This document shows positions 1 to 14,816 of a DNA stretch of 64,000 bases, one piece after another. Origin of the DNA: Octopus vulgaris. Taxonomy: Eukaryota. Location: the NCBI GenBank assembly GCA_951406725.2, contig OX597815.1, positions 744,001 through 808,000 on the forward strand, given 5' to 3'. Each line of letters starts with the position of its first letter. Position 1 is the first letter of the stretch. The translations under genes were made by a program, and so were the position numbers. The notes beneath the pieces are model-generated. The model was not told where the DNA came from, searched no databases, and saw only the letters and a program-made list of their open reading frames with translations.

Positions 1-316
1 TATTAATCACGACAATTGTTTCGAGATATCCAGCATCGATTCCTCTTTGGCGGGAAACTCAACAACTGGTTCAGGAGCATCCGGTGGTACAGATGTATCT
101 CGTCAGATGATAAATAAATGCAACTCGTTAGAATGACTGTTCCGCAATGTAACTTTCCGGTTTGTAGAAAGGAAAGCCGGGAAACGGAGGAAATATCTTC
201 ATTTATATGGAAGATCGAAAATGAAATCACAAATGGCAAAAAGAGAAGCAAACGCGCAATACAGCAAGAAAAAATATATTTAAACACACACACACACACG
301 TACACACATGTATGCG

Positions 317-349
<33 letters not shown>

Positions 350-424
350 GTGTATACACCTTTTTAAAGGTGTAGCATTTATACTAGTCTGGATAGAATT
401 GACATATCGGTTCTATTCTAGCAA

Positions 425-468
425 AAACTGTCCGATGAAAGGCAACGTGAAACTCAGAGTAACAGTTT
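425..468 (+). ncRNA. Minimal type-I hammerhead ribozyme-like motif (family A, copy 1)
   Basis: AAACTGT-CCGATGA-AAG(GCAA)CGT-GAAA-CTC(A)GAG-TA-ACAGTTT: 7-bp stem I, U4C core variant, imperfect stem II, short stem III and a GUA cleavage triplet. Confidence 0.6.
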
Positions 469-715
469 GTAGAATTTTCTGCTGCTTTAAATAAAGCATA
501 CATATACATACATATATATAGTCAATCCAAACATGAACAAGCAAGAAAAAACAACAACAGGAGGACGTGGAATAAGAACTGTGTTATTGGACGCTCAGGA
601 AAGGAAAGAAAAAAAAGAGGATTTCACGTTTCGAGCGGAGCTCTTCATCAGAGATATAGAAAAAGTCCAAAGAAGGGAAGAGGGAGAAAGAAAATCGCCA
701 ACGATACACACGCGG

Positions 716-760
<45 letters not shown>

Positions 761-885
761 TACATACATACATACATACATGCATACATACATACATACA
801 TACATATATATATACTCTGAGTAAGGACATAAATGCGAAACAAGGTGAGAAAATAGTACTCGAATACCAGAGGTAGAGTAATATG

Positions 886-1032
886 CTTTATTAAAAAGCA
901 ACAAAAATATCACAAAAACTGTTACTCAGAGTTTCACGTTCCCGTTCGTCGGACAGTTTTGTTTCGACGAACGGAAACATAAAAATCTCTGAGTTAACAG
1001 TTTTTGTGATATTTTTTCTGCTTTTTAATAAA

Positions 1033-1033
<1 letters not shown>
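886..1033. repeat. ~65-bp imperfect inverted repeat (foldback) built from two copies of the hammerhead-bearing unit
   Basis: CTTTATTAAAAAGCA..AAAAATATCACAAAAACTGTTA-CTCAGAG..CCGTTCGTCG pairs with CGACGAACGG..CTCTGAGTTAACAGTTTTTGTGATATTTTT..TGCTTTTTAATAAAG. Confidence 0.9.
915..960 (-). ncRNA. Minimal type-I hammerhead ribozyme-like motif (family A, copy 2)
   Basis: Minus strand reads AAAACTGT-CCGACGA-ACG(GGAA)CGT-GAAA-CTC(T)GAG-TA-ACAGTTTT: 8-bp stem I, GNRA-capped 3-bp stem II, minimal stem III, GUA site. Confidence 0.7.
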
Positions 1034-1110
<77 letters not shown>

Positions 1111-1304
1111 AGTTCCACAAAAATCAGAACTTAACTGCAGCACTTGGTCTAAATCCTATGCAATCTATGTGGGTGTCTTTTCAATGCAATGTCTGGTTTA
1201 AAAACTCACATCAGATGCCATGATGTAAGTACAATAAGGTGTAAGTAAGTACAATAAGAGGTGGTCAAAGTCTGCATAAGGAATAGACAACCACCATATA
1301 TAAT

Positions 1305-1540
1305 ATTATATAAAATCCGTTCTGTCTGTCTGTGTGTGTGTCTTTTAGGATCTCGGGTATCCTCCATCCGATTGCGCTCAAATTTGATATGTAGACACCG
1401 ACGGTATCCGGGCGTGTATAAGTCTTGAAAAAATTACAAAAATCGATTCCAGGTGAGAATGTGATCGATGAAGCCGTGGGAACGTGCATTTGTACGCGCA
1501 AGTACATCAACTGTTGCGATCGATACTACGCGTACACGAC
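1305..1540 (+). mobile_element. 5' fragment of non-autonomous Helitron/DINE-like element
   Basis: TATATAAAA followed by (TCTG)n/(TG)n and CCGATTGCGCTCAAATTTG, an architecture similar to the 5' ends of the complete Helitrons in this window. Confidence 0.45.
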
Positions 1541-1559
1541 AAAAATGCACGTGCAGTTT

Positions 1560-3960
1560 GCGCAAAAAAAGCTGAAATTGTTACCAACAATTACTGCTAG
1601 ATCTCTGATATCATTAGATGTTGTGAGTGGTTCCCCTGAAGGAAGAGAGTATGGTTGTTTTAGCATAGACTTTCTTCCAAAATGCATCAGCTCAAATTTT
1701 CCCTCGTTCAGTTGCATTTTGTTTCTGTCTGCCCATTGACTCACAGCATATTGATCAGGCTGGAGTTGAGTTCGGTCTGCTTCTTCATTGATAATTTTCT
1801 GGAGCTTAGAGTCATCAGCAAATATTTTCACTTTGCAGTGATGTACGACACTGGAAAGGTCATTTATGTAAATTATAAAGAGCAGTGGGCCCAAGACAGT
1901 CCCCTAAGGGACACCACTGGTGACTTTTGCTGGGCTTGAGTGGATTCCATCGATCACAACATGTGTTCTGTTCTCCAAGAAATACTATATCCAGTGTAGT
2001 AGTTTTCCGCGGATTCCAACATTTACCAATTTTGAAAGTAAGATATTATGGTCAACTCTGTTGAACGCTTTACTCTGATGTCAAGATATATGACATCAGA
2101 GTTCAAACCTGTTCCCAAGGCTTTAAGGATATTATCGATGTGGTGTAAGAGCTGTGTTAGACAGTCCCTGCCGCAGCGAAAGCCATGCTGGTTTGAATTT
2201 AAGAGTTTGTGGGTCTCCAGGAAGTCAGCTATCCGTTATCTCATCACTCTTTCAAACACTTTAATGATGTGGGAGGTGAGTGAGATTGGGCGATAGTTGA
2301 CTATGAGGGATCTGTTTCCCTGTTTGAAAACCGAGATGACAGACTGGAATAAGAGATGTTTCGGTATATAATCTGAATCTAGCGAATTTATCCAGAGGTT
2401 GGTCTGAGGAACTGCAAGTTGGTGTCTACCTTCCTTCCGGAGACTAGCGGGGAATCTACCAGGGCCTACAGCAGAACAGTATTTGATCTCATTTATTGCT
2501 GCTATGATGTCTGAAGCAGTAAAGGTGATGTCCAAGATTTTATGTTGGGAATCAACTTCGTTCGCTTCTCTTACGTCAATATCCGTGGGATCACTAAAGA
2601 CACAGCAGTATTGTTTCTGCAGTATTTCTGCCATTTCTTTAGCATCGTGTTGGGGAATGCCATTATTATTGATCAATGGCCCAGTGGGTGAGACAGCGGT
2701 TCTATGCTTATTTGCATAATAATAGAAAACTTTTGGATTCTGTTTGATGTTTTTGATTACCCACTGTTCCTCTGCAGCTCTTTGATTTTCAATGGAGGTT
2801 TTCATGTTGAGGTTTTTTCCAACTCCAGCCTTTTCATTGTTGCTGAATGTGAATGCTGCATGTGGGAGTATTTTAATTGGTTGATTTTTTTATCGAGTCT
2901 TTTGATGCGACTGATGAGTGTGTTTTTTTTTTTCTTTTTAGGGAGCCGGTTTCTGTTCGCGTTTGCAGATTTCGTAGGAACGTGTTTTGAGCATGTATAG
3001 GAGAGAATGTCCTCAAAGTGCTGCTATGTGGTTTCAATGTCAGTGGATCTGAGAGTGAAAGACCAGTCGATGAAGGACAGATCCTTTCTGATTGCCCCCC
3101 GCCAGTCCGCTTTGTGGCAGTTTATGTTGTCAAATGAGTGCCGTGGAGTGGGATTGGCTGGTTTGGTTTTGATATGCCGGGAATTAAAGTTGCAGAGTAT
3201 CATGTCGTGGTCTGAAAAGAGAGTTGTTTTCAACTGAAATACTGTGAACGAAGCTAGAGTGATTGGTTAATATTAAATCCAAGATCGTTTTATTCTGTCT
3301 TGTTGGTTCGAGCACTAGTTGTATCAGGAAAAGTTCATTCATTAGATTAAAGAGGAATTCTGCTGCTGTTTTGTCTGATTCAGAGTATTTGTGGGCCAGT
3401 TTATATGAGGGAGGTTAAAATCACCCATCACTAGTATGTTTCCGAAGTTGTATTTTTTGAAGGAAGGACTTGATTTTGTTGAGGGCACTCTTCAAAGCAC
3501 TTTATAGGTGCTTGGGGAGGCCTGTAAAGACCAACAATGATTATGTCCTTGGCCTTGTTGAATAGTGATACCGATTCACAGTAGCCATTGGAAAATATGT
3601 TCTTGGCATCAACTGAAAATGAGTCATGGAGAAAGATGGCTGTTCCTCCTTTATTTCGGTCTGTGCGATCTGCACGGACGATGGGGAAATCTTTTATTTT
3701 CACCTCGGTATCCATATGAATGCTGTTTAAGTGAGTTTCAGTAAGGATAAAGAAAGGGATGCAGTGTGCTGTTTCGGCAAGCCAACTCTCTATGTATGGG
3801 ATCTTCCATTTTGGGGTTGTGAGTGATGGGTTGATGCCACGTACATTTAGCAGGAATGTTGAGGCAAAGGTGGTTTGATGTTTGCATGGTTCTAAGTGCT
3901 TAGACTTATTTGTTATGTTATTCAGAAGTAGCAGTGAGGTAGTTTTTATAAGAGGGTCGC
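1560..3960 (-). mobile_element. Degenerate CR1-group LINE ORF2 (AP endonuclease plus RT), frameshifted
   Basis: LLNVRGI..FFILTETHL..RADR...KGG (APE); NYRPISLTSHIIKVFER; [31 protein letters not shown] (RT). Multiple stops and frameshifts. Confidence 0.9.
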
Positions 3961-4208
3961 TTTTGTCTCGTAGTGAAAGGTGACCAGGCTGAAATTCGAA
4001 GTCACTGTCAACTTGTCCTTGGTAGCAATAATACCCGCAAACACACATGTCTATGTGAATATGGATACATACATACATACATACATACATGCATACATAC
4101 ATGCATACATGCATCCATACATACATACATACATACATACATACATGGATACATACATGCATACATGCATGCATACATACATACATACGTAGATGTATGT
4201 ACATCAAA

Positions 4209-4375
4209 GCGCAGGCGTGGCTGTGTTGTAAGAAGCTTGCATCCCAACCACACGGTTCTGGGTTCAATCTCGCTCTACGGCACCTTAGGCAAATATCTTC
4301 TACTATAACCTCGGGCCGACTGAAGCTTTGAGTGGATTTGGTAGATGGGAACTGGAAGAAGCTCGTTGTGTGTGT

Positions 4376-4445
<70 letters not shown>

Positions 4446-4516
4446 TAATAAATAAAATATATGCATACCGACATCTACATGTATATATACATGCATATAT
4501 AAATATATATACGTAC

Positions 4517-4564
<48 letters not shown>

Positions 4565-4770
4565 TTGTGTCTGTTTGTCCCCCGCTACTGCTTGCCAACC
4601 GGTGTTGGTGTGTTTACGTCCCGAAACTTACCAGTTCGACAAGAGAGCGATATACTAAGTACCAGGCTTTAAAAAACAAGTACTAGCGTCGATTCATTCG
4701 ACTAAAAATTCTTCAAGGCGGTGCCCCAGCATGGCCGCAGCCTCATGGCTGAAACAAGTAAAAGATAAAA
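4209..4770 (+). mobile_element. tRNA-headed SINE with CORE-like segment and internal microsatellite (SINE family 1)
   Basis: Head GCGCAGGCGTGGCTGTG..GGGTTCAATCTC, then CACCTTAGGCAA, an internal (TA)n, and tail GCATGGCCGCAG...CTGAAACAAGTAAAAG. Many copies in the window. Confidence 0.85.
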
Positions 4771-5085
4771 GATGTGTGTGTGTGTGTATGTGCTTGTGTG
4801 TGTATGTGTTTGCATGTGTGTGAGTGTCTGTGTGTGTGATTGTATGTATGTATGTGCATGTGTGTGTTGTGTATGTGTGTGTGTTGTGTATGTGTGTGTG
4901 TTTGTGTATGTGTGTGTGTGTGTGTGTGTGTGTTGTGTATGTGTGTGTGTTGTGTATGTGTGTGTGTTTGTGTATGTGTGTGTGTATGTGTGTGTGTGTA
5001 TGTGTGCATGTGTGTGTGTATGTGTATGTATATCAGTACACACGGTTTAAAGAATGCTTTTTGTGTGCATATAAGCATAATTATA

Positions 5086-5119
<34 letters not shown>

Positions 5120-5249
5120 ATGAGCCTCCACCATACACACACACACACATCTACCTCCTCCTACCACAAGCTACCCGTACGGAAATACAACAGAAGCACA
5201 CCCGCTCATTAACCGACAGCGGCATCACGCACACACACTCACACACACA

Positions 5250-5305
<56 letters not shown>

Positions 5306-6039
5306 CTCACACACACCAAGACCAGGCTGTAGCAGCAGGCAACACACTCATTGTCAAGTTTTATTTTATTTGTTTGTATATATTTCGAGTTTATTTGGTG
5401 TTAATCACCACCGCATCCCCCACCACCACCACCACCCACCACCACCACCCACCACCACCAACACCACCACCACCACCATTATTATTATTATTATTATTAT
5501 TGTTGCTATTGTTTATTCATTTATTTACTTCAGGAGTTGCTGTTGGTGGTAATGGCGGTGGTGGCGGTGGTGGTGGTGGCGGAGGCGGCGGTGGCGGCGG
5601 CGGCGGCGGCGGCTGTGATGGTAAAAAAGAGGGCGCTTTTGTTAGAAGCCTGTCAGTTTTACCTTGAAACATCTGTGTCACCGTAGAATTTCTCTCACAT
5701 CGACCGCCGCCGCCTCTCTCTCTCTCTCCTCCCACCCCCGCGCCCCACCACCACCACCACCACCCGACACGGAAGTGGAGAGGTGTTCGGTCTCCTTGAA
5801 AAGCACCAGCGAGATCAGCAGAACTGTCAGTTGTCGAGATTGCAACTTGACAACAACACCAACGTGGGGCCGGTCTGCACCACCAACCCAACGCCACCGC
5901 CTCACTTGTTGGTGCCACTCTCTCTTGGGATTCTTTCATTTTATACCAGTTCCGACCAATTTGAGGTTGTTACAAACTTTTCTAGCTGGGATCACCACCA
6001 CCACCACCACCACCACCACCATCGTCATCATCATCATCG

Positions 6040-6085
<46 letters not shown>

Positions 6086-6421
6086 TGTCGTCGTCGTGGT
6101 CATCTTCATTCCGAACGTCTGGTGACCATCACTGGATGTGACGGTCAACCACCGCACCGCCACCGCCGCAACCATCGCCATCCTCGTTCGCAGGACATCG
6201 TCTTATCGTCGTTGTTGTTATTGTTGCTGATGCTCTTGTTGGTGATACCCTGTTGCGAATTTCCTGTGGAACCCGTCCCGTTAACAACGACCGCAATTCG
6301 GTAAGACAGTGCTATTGTTAATGCTATTTACAAAGACAGATTCTCTACGCTCGCAGACACGGACGAAATTCCAAAGCAACAACCAAAAGGTGCATTTCGA
6401 AATTCATACACACTCAAAGAA

Positions 6422-6796
6422 ATGTCCAGTCCTAAAACGGCCCTATTCTCCGACCAGCTGCCATCCAGGGAAGCGACCCCACCTTCATTCGTGAACATGC
6501 TGGTGTCACCAAAACTATCGCCCCCGCCTTCTTCCTTTGCCCCTGTCAAAACCGGACTAGCGCCCACATCCAACGGCACTGGTCACCGGAGTTTTGTCAA
6601 CGGTAGCCCCACACTCTCCACCAGTCCGTTCAGCAAGGAGTCGATCTTATCGAGCGGCAGCACATCAGCAGACGGTCACAGCACCGTGGTGGCGTCTTGT
6701 GAAGTTCCTGCTTTTACCATTGTTGGAACTTACACTTTAGATTTCCAAATTGGATACAACACTGAAGATGAACCAAACATAACCAGAGTGGTCGAG
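6422..6796 (+). CDS. PRDM13: PRDM13 coding exon 1 (Ser/Pro-rich N-terminus plus start of PR/SET domain)
   Basis: ATG at 6422 with an open frame MSSPKT...STVVASCEVPAFTIVGTYTLDFQIG...RVVE. The C-terminal part resembles the start of the PRDM13 PR domain. Donor GAG|GTAGGA at 6796/6797 is phase 0 and joins exon 2 in frame. The start codon is the least certain part. Confidence 0.8.
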
Positions 6797-6848
6797 GTAG
6801 GAAGCTCTCCCTTTCTCTTATGTATTTTTCATCACATTTATGTATATG

Positions 6849-6898
<50 letters not shown>

Positions 6899-7485
6899 TG
6901 CACGCACGCACACATATGTATGCCTACACATACATATATACATATACGCATGTACAATACCCTCAGACGTTGTCATTATACATTCCTTGTACAATGTCTA
7001 ATTTGTATTCTATGGCAGAATTAATTTGCGAAGAAAACGTGTTAGAGTTTATGTTTTGTTTTTGTTTTAAATCGATATCTTGTAATTAGAAATTGCAAAT
7101 GTGTCGAGCGTCGTCATCTCAGAGACAAACGGTGACGGCATTTGTGAAATCCTTGAAATACATTTTGTAGCAGGTTATCAGATCTACTCTCAATAAACAG
7201 CTGTCTTTATGTGTCCGGACTAAAACCAGAGTACCAGTGAGGGATATTCGCAAATTGCCCCGATTCTCACAACTAGGTAACCAGGGGTATCAGCTTCCTG
7301 AAATGCTGTTGTTTTTTTCTACCAGTGTTACCACGAGAAACTCGGAGTTGGGGAAGATCATCGAATTCAAGCAAAAACTCTTTTGCCTGCATCACCTCTA
7401 GTTCTGGTCCCCATTCGTCTTCTCGTTCGCATTTCAAAGCGTAAAAGTGTATATGTATACATACATGCAGTCATGCACGCACGCA

Positions 7486-7583
<98 letters not shown>

Positions 7584-7601
7584 ATATATATATATATATA
7601 T

Positions 7602-7796
<195 letters not shown>

Positions 7797-8779
7797 TATT
7801 TATATATACACACACACATACATAGATACATGTATACACATACATTATATGTATTTATGTATGTATATATATATACATATATACGCCCATACACACATAT
7901 ATGCTTACATACATAAATACATAGACGTTTGTATACACTCATACATACCTATATACACACACATCCATATTTAAGAGCCAGCCCTCACCCACAACCCAGT
8001 ATAACGTACGATAGTTTCACAAACCGTTTTCTGTGCCTGTATAATCACGAAGAGACAAAAGACACCGCCCCACCCCGCCGTGTCCGACTCTCCCGTTCTT
8101 TAAACCCAGCGACACATCCAGAATTTGAGAGCTGCTCCAGCAAGGGCTGATGCTCGTTTTGAGATGACTAAATTGGAGCAACGTAGTAGTCTTTTACTCA
8201 AGGATACAACTGGCCATTCCGTCTTGGAGTTGAACACCCAACACCATAACCATTCCATATTTTTAAAACCCTACAAAAGTCTTAGAATTAATATCATTAG
8301 GAATTGTTCTGATAATTTGTTAAAATATTTTGTACATCGTAGAAGAACTAATTAATTCTTTTACTTGTTTCATTCATTTGAATGCGGCCATGCTGGAACA
8401 CCGCCTTTTGTCGAACAAGTCGACCCCAAGACTTGTTCTTTGTAAGTCTAGTACTTCTTCTATCGGTCTCTTTTGCCGAACTGTTAAGATACGGGTACGT
8501 AAACACACCAACATTGGTTGTCAAGTGATGGTGGGAGGATAAACACAGACACAAATACACACACACATACATACATACATACATACATACATACATACAT
8601 ACATACATACATACATACATACATACACACACACATACATTCATACATGCATACATACATACATACATTCATACATACACATATGATAACCGTTTCGCGC
8701 TGTCAGATAATGCCCTTCTCTCTTCTAAGACAATTTTACATCATTTCAGTTTCCTGGGTACAACACATGGGTAAAGCAC

Positions 8780-10325
<1,546 letters not shown>

Positions 10326-10371
10326 AGTACATACATACATACATACATACATACATACATACATACATACA

Positions 10372-10402
<31 letters not shown>

Positions 10403-10571
10403 GTTTGCGTGTATGTGTGCGAGTGTGCAAGTTAAAGACTGGCCAGAAATCAGGTGAGGAAATGTCAAATATCTATTGATTTCTTCACAATATGCAGGTG
10501 AAGAGAAAAGAAGTGATGGTGGTTGTCATAGGAATTTTATCTGATTGGATTTTCAACGTGTATGAGTACAT

Positions 10572-10621
<50 letters not shown>

Positions 10622-10689
10622 CAGAAATTCCATTCGGTGTACCGAGAGCAAGCTACGGACACACAAGTGGCGCAGGGGAATAGCTGGAA

Positions 10690-11139
10690 GATTAACCGAG
10701 TAAGTAGTGTTGATCGTCTGAGCAGAGGGAAGCTGGTGGATGTAGACGATGTCCTTGTTGTCGAAAAAGTGGATCATCATGAGCTTCTCGGTGACTGCCT
10801 TAATCTATTGTCTTGTACCAGTTTGACTCATACAATGTCACCCAGAAGAAGACTGGAGCATTTCATAAATTATTTCTGTACCGTTTTTGCTCAGTACATG
10901 ATAAAACTTGCAAATTGTCTTCGCATCCCGACTGCATCCTGCAACGAGTCCGCAGTGACAAGCAGTATTTAGTAAGGTTCGTTCAAAGTCTTGTTACAAC
11001 CGTTTCCTCCGATCTGGAATAACAAAAGTTGGTGGCAAGTCAGCTTATTAGATGTACAGTACTAAAATTACGATAATCGAGGACATTTATAAGTGCCTCT
11101 CCTGAAAGTACCTCTAACCTTCTGGAATGCACTTCGTAT
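10690..11139 (-). mobile_element. Degenerate mariner transposase fragment
   Basis: MMIHFFDNKDIVYIHQLPSAQTINTTY resembles the mariner motif FFD..G.......P.GQT.N..Y. A TACGAAG-type end lies near 11139. Confidence 0.55.
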
Positions 11140-11341
11140 GTTATATATATATATATAGTTCAAATTTACAGAAAACAAAAAAGGTGTGGGTGTAGTAGTT
11201 TATCACTCATGAAGAGTGGAAAAGTCTACGCTTTTCGACAGAAAGTATAAGAGGAGGGGGGCGGAGAGAGAAATAAATGTGTAGAGTTCAATGGTCCAAA
11301 TACATACATATACATACATATATACATACATACATACATAC

Positions 11342-11372
<31 letters not shown>

Positions 11373-12658
11373 AAGTGGCAACACACACACACGCACAGCA
11401 TTTTCGAAGCTACTCTCCGCAAACTTCTCCTTCGGTGTAACCGCTTCTCTCACCCTTCCTCTCCCCCCACCTCTCTTCAATCTTCAATTTTTCAACTCTT
11501 GCACTTCTTTTTCAATCATATTTGTGTGTGTATATATCTTTTTGTATGTGTATGTGGTTGTGTGTGGATGTGTGTGCGAGCCTACACACACACACACACA
11601 CACACATACACACACACACACATTTCCAGATGTGTGTCCATGTTTGTTTATACGTCTATGCGTTGTTTATATGTCTATGCGTTTACGTATGTATGCGCGT
11701 GCGTGCGTGTGTGTGCGGCATACAATGGAGGGGCGAAGTAAAAGCTATAGACTCCCCTTCCCGGTGACTCGTGCCATGCATGCGGCACCCCGACTTCCGC
11801 CGCCGCCGACGCAGCCGCCATGTTTCCGTAACATGGCCGGAAGACGGCGCCACCGTTAACATGTCTGCCGGAACAGTCACCAGTGATGAAAGGTTGAATT
11901 CTTAGAGAGGACCCGCACAACCTGGTAAAAATAGTAGCCATGTCTCCCTCAATTCTTGAAAAACATTACAAAACCATATTGACTCATGCTATCCTGCATA
12001 GCAATAACAAGGTGGAATGATCACGGAGGGAACGCCTTATTATTAGTCGGTTCAATTAAGGTTGGGTTCGAGTTAAGTAACAATTTTAAAGAGGGGAAAT
12101 GTGAGTGTGTGGCATTCATGCCTTTCTCATATAGCGTCAAGATTGCACATGAAGTGAAATTAGGTACCGTACACACACACACACACACACACAAATGGTG
12201 TGTGTGTGTGTGTGTGTATTTCCATGCTTCTATAGAATTACCAAAAACTCTCCAGAATGTAATTAAAGACATTAACAGCCACACACCACCACCACCACCA
12301 CCACCACCACCACTGAAACAGTTTTCTTCTTGTTGTCCTCGTCATCTACCAGCTTCTTGTACCGTTTAGATCAGTCATTGATCTTCTTCTTCTCTCCTCC
12401 TCCTCCTCCTTCTTCTTCTTCTTCTTCTTCTTCTTCTTCTTCTTCTTCTTCTTCTTCTTCTCTTTCTTCTTCTTCTTCTTCTTCCTCCTCCTCCTCCTCT
12501 TCCTCCATGCTGGTAGGTTTATCCAAATACATTTCCGGGCTCCTAATTCTGCACTCAAAATGCATCTCGTGTATTACTTTCAGTTGCCAGTCTATCGTCT
12601 CTCTCTTCTTCTCTCTCGCTGTGTGTTCCTCTTTTTTGTATCTGTCTCTATCTAGTTA

Positions 12659-12748
<90 letters not shown>

Positions 12749-12857
12749 GTGCATTTGTCAAAAAACTCAGGTCATTGGTTATGGAACGAGGGGCACACGT
12801 TGAATAGTAACGGACGTTTTCAGATTGAAATGCATGTGCAATACACATACATACATC

Positions 12858-12930
<73 letters not shown>

Positions 12931-13018
12931 TGTATATATATATATGTATGTAGTCGTCTATCTATCTAGCTATCTTATCTATCTATATTATATATATGTA
13001 TATATATATATAATTTTG

Positions 13019-13050
<32 letters not shown>

Positions 13051-14816
13051 CTCTTTACTCTCTTCTACTTGTTTCAGTCATTTGACTGCGGCCATGCTGG
13101 AGCACCGCCATTCTCTGCGGTTTGTGCTCATACCACGTCTTGCTTCTCTCTAGCTCCCACTTTTCGCACACTTTCACTGCCTGATCATGTCGCCCTAGCT
13201 AGTACATGTATGTATGTATGTATGTATGTATGTATGTATGTATGTATGTATGTATGTATGTATGTATGTATGTATGTATGTGTGTATGTATGTATGTATG
13301 TCTGTATGTATGTATGTATGTATGTATGTATGTATGTATGTATGTATGTATGTATGTATGTATGTATGTTAGAAATTGGATGTCTTTCTAATGCAGCATT
13401 TGATACAATCCAAATAGCCGCGATTCGTTGCTAGTTTTATGAAATGCCACTCCGGCATATTCAACCACAAATACTGCGCCATCTTCCGTGCAATGTGGTC
13501 ATAAAACGGAATGGGTACAAAAACAATTGCAACAAATATTAAAGTGAGACAAAATTTAATTTTCCGTTAGAAACAGCTCTAATACTGCAAACATTATCGA
13601 TGTCGCCATACTTAATGTATGTCTTACGTTTAAACGCTTTTAGACTGTGGTATAGAGTGTTAAAAAACCCACAATAAATCTCAAAACCAGGCGAAACGAA
13701 TCGTCCCCGGAGATGAACCACAACGACAGTTATCAATATTTCTCCATTATTTTAGCTCATCGGTGCCGTATACTCGAACCACTCTCGAGAAGAATTCAAA
13801 CCGCTGTCTTTCAGGTAAAGGCAGATCACGTGATGTTGTTGAACTAAATTCTTTGGTCTTTTACTAGTCTCATACTTTATTAAGCAGCATATCAGATCTT
13901 CTGACACATCGCTGGTTTATTTACACATGGATGAAATATCTTTATCTAAACCGGGGGAGGACAGGATGTTAGGATTATACCTCGTCGTATGGATGACTTA
14001 TCATACTGTAAAATAAATTATGTTTATCATTTTTTTAATTGAAAAGTAGGGAGGGCATAATCGTTGAAGTGTCTTGCAGTGTTTACTTACGGATCTTTAC
14101 TTTGTGAGTTCAAATTGTAATGGTGTCAATTCTCCCTTTCATCCCTCCGAGGTCGATAAAATAAAATGCAACTGATGCATCGATATGACCGAGTCACTCT
14201 GCTCCACAAAATTTCAGGCCCTTGTGTCTATTTTAGAAGAGACTGTTGTTTGAAACCAGAATCTTGGTGAATTTGGCTGAATCGTTAAAATGTCGGACAC
14301 AAATTATTCGCAGCTTTTTTTTAAATTTTTTACTCTGAGTTCAAATCCTGTTAATGCCAACTTTGGCTTTTGTCTTTCTTAGGTCGATGAATAAAGTACC
14401 CACCAAATACTTGGGGTGACATAATTGAGTAGCACCCCCAACCCGCCACACTGCGCCTAAATTGGAAATTTTAATGAATAGAATATAAAATTCTTTATTA
14501 ATTTTGTGGATTTTATTCGTTTCCCCTCATCATCGATGGTTAGAAAAACGAGAAAACCATTGGTAGTCTGTATTGATAAACATTATTGGGTATTCTTCGA
14601 GAATTTTGGATAAATTCCTCCATCGTTAAGAACATCATAAACCAGAAATCGCCTCACTTGTCTTCTGACAGAAGGCACTTCTCCAAATACCATTCTCTCT
14701 TTGAACTTCGCTTCTGTTTGTATTTCCAATTTGTTGTTTGCTTATTCAAACAAACAACAATTTATCAATTGTAAAATCTATTCTAAATTCCAGTTTTCAT
14801 TCTCTTTGACTCGCAG

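Noticed and set aside
13756-13814. Possible cassette exon in PRDM13 intron 1 (TTTTAG|CTC...CAG|GTAAAG)
   Set aside because: At 59 nt it would shift the frame, and exons 1 and 2 already join into a continuous PR domain. It could only be a poison exon, and there is no evidence for that.
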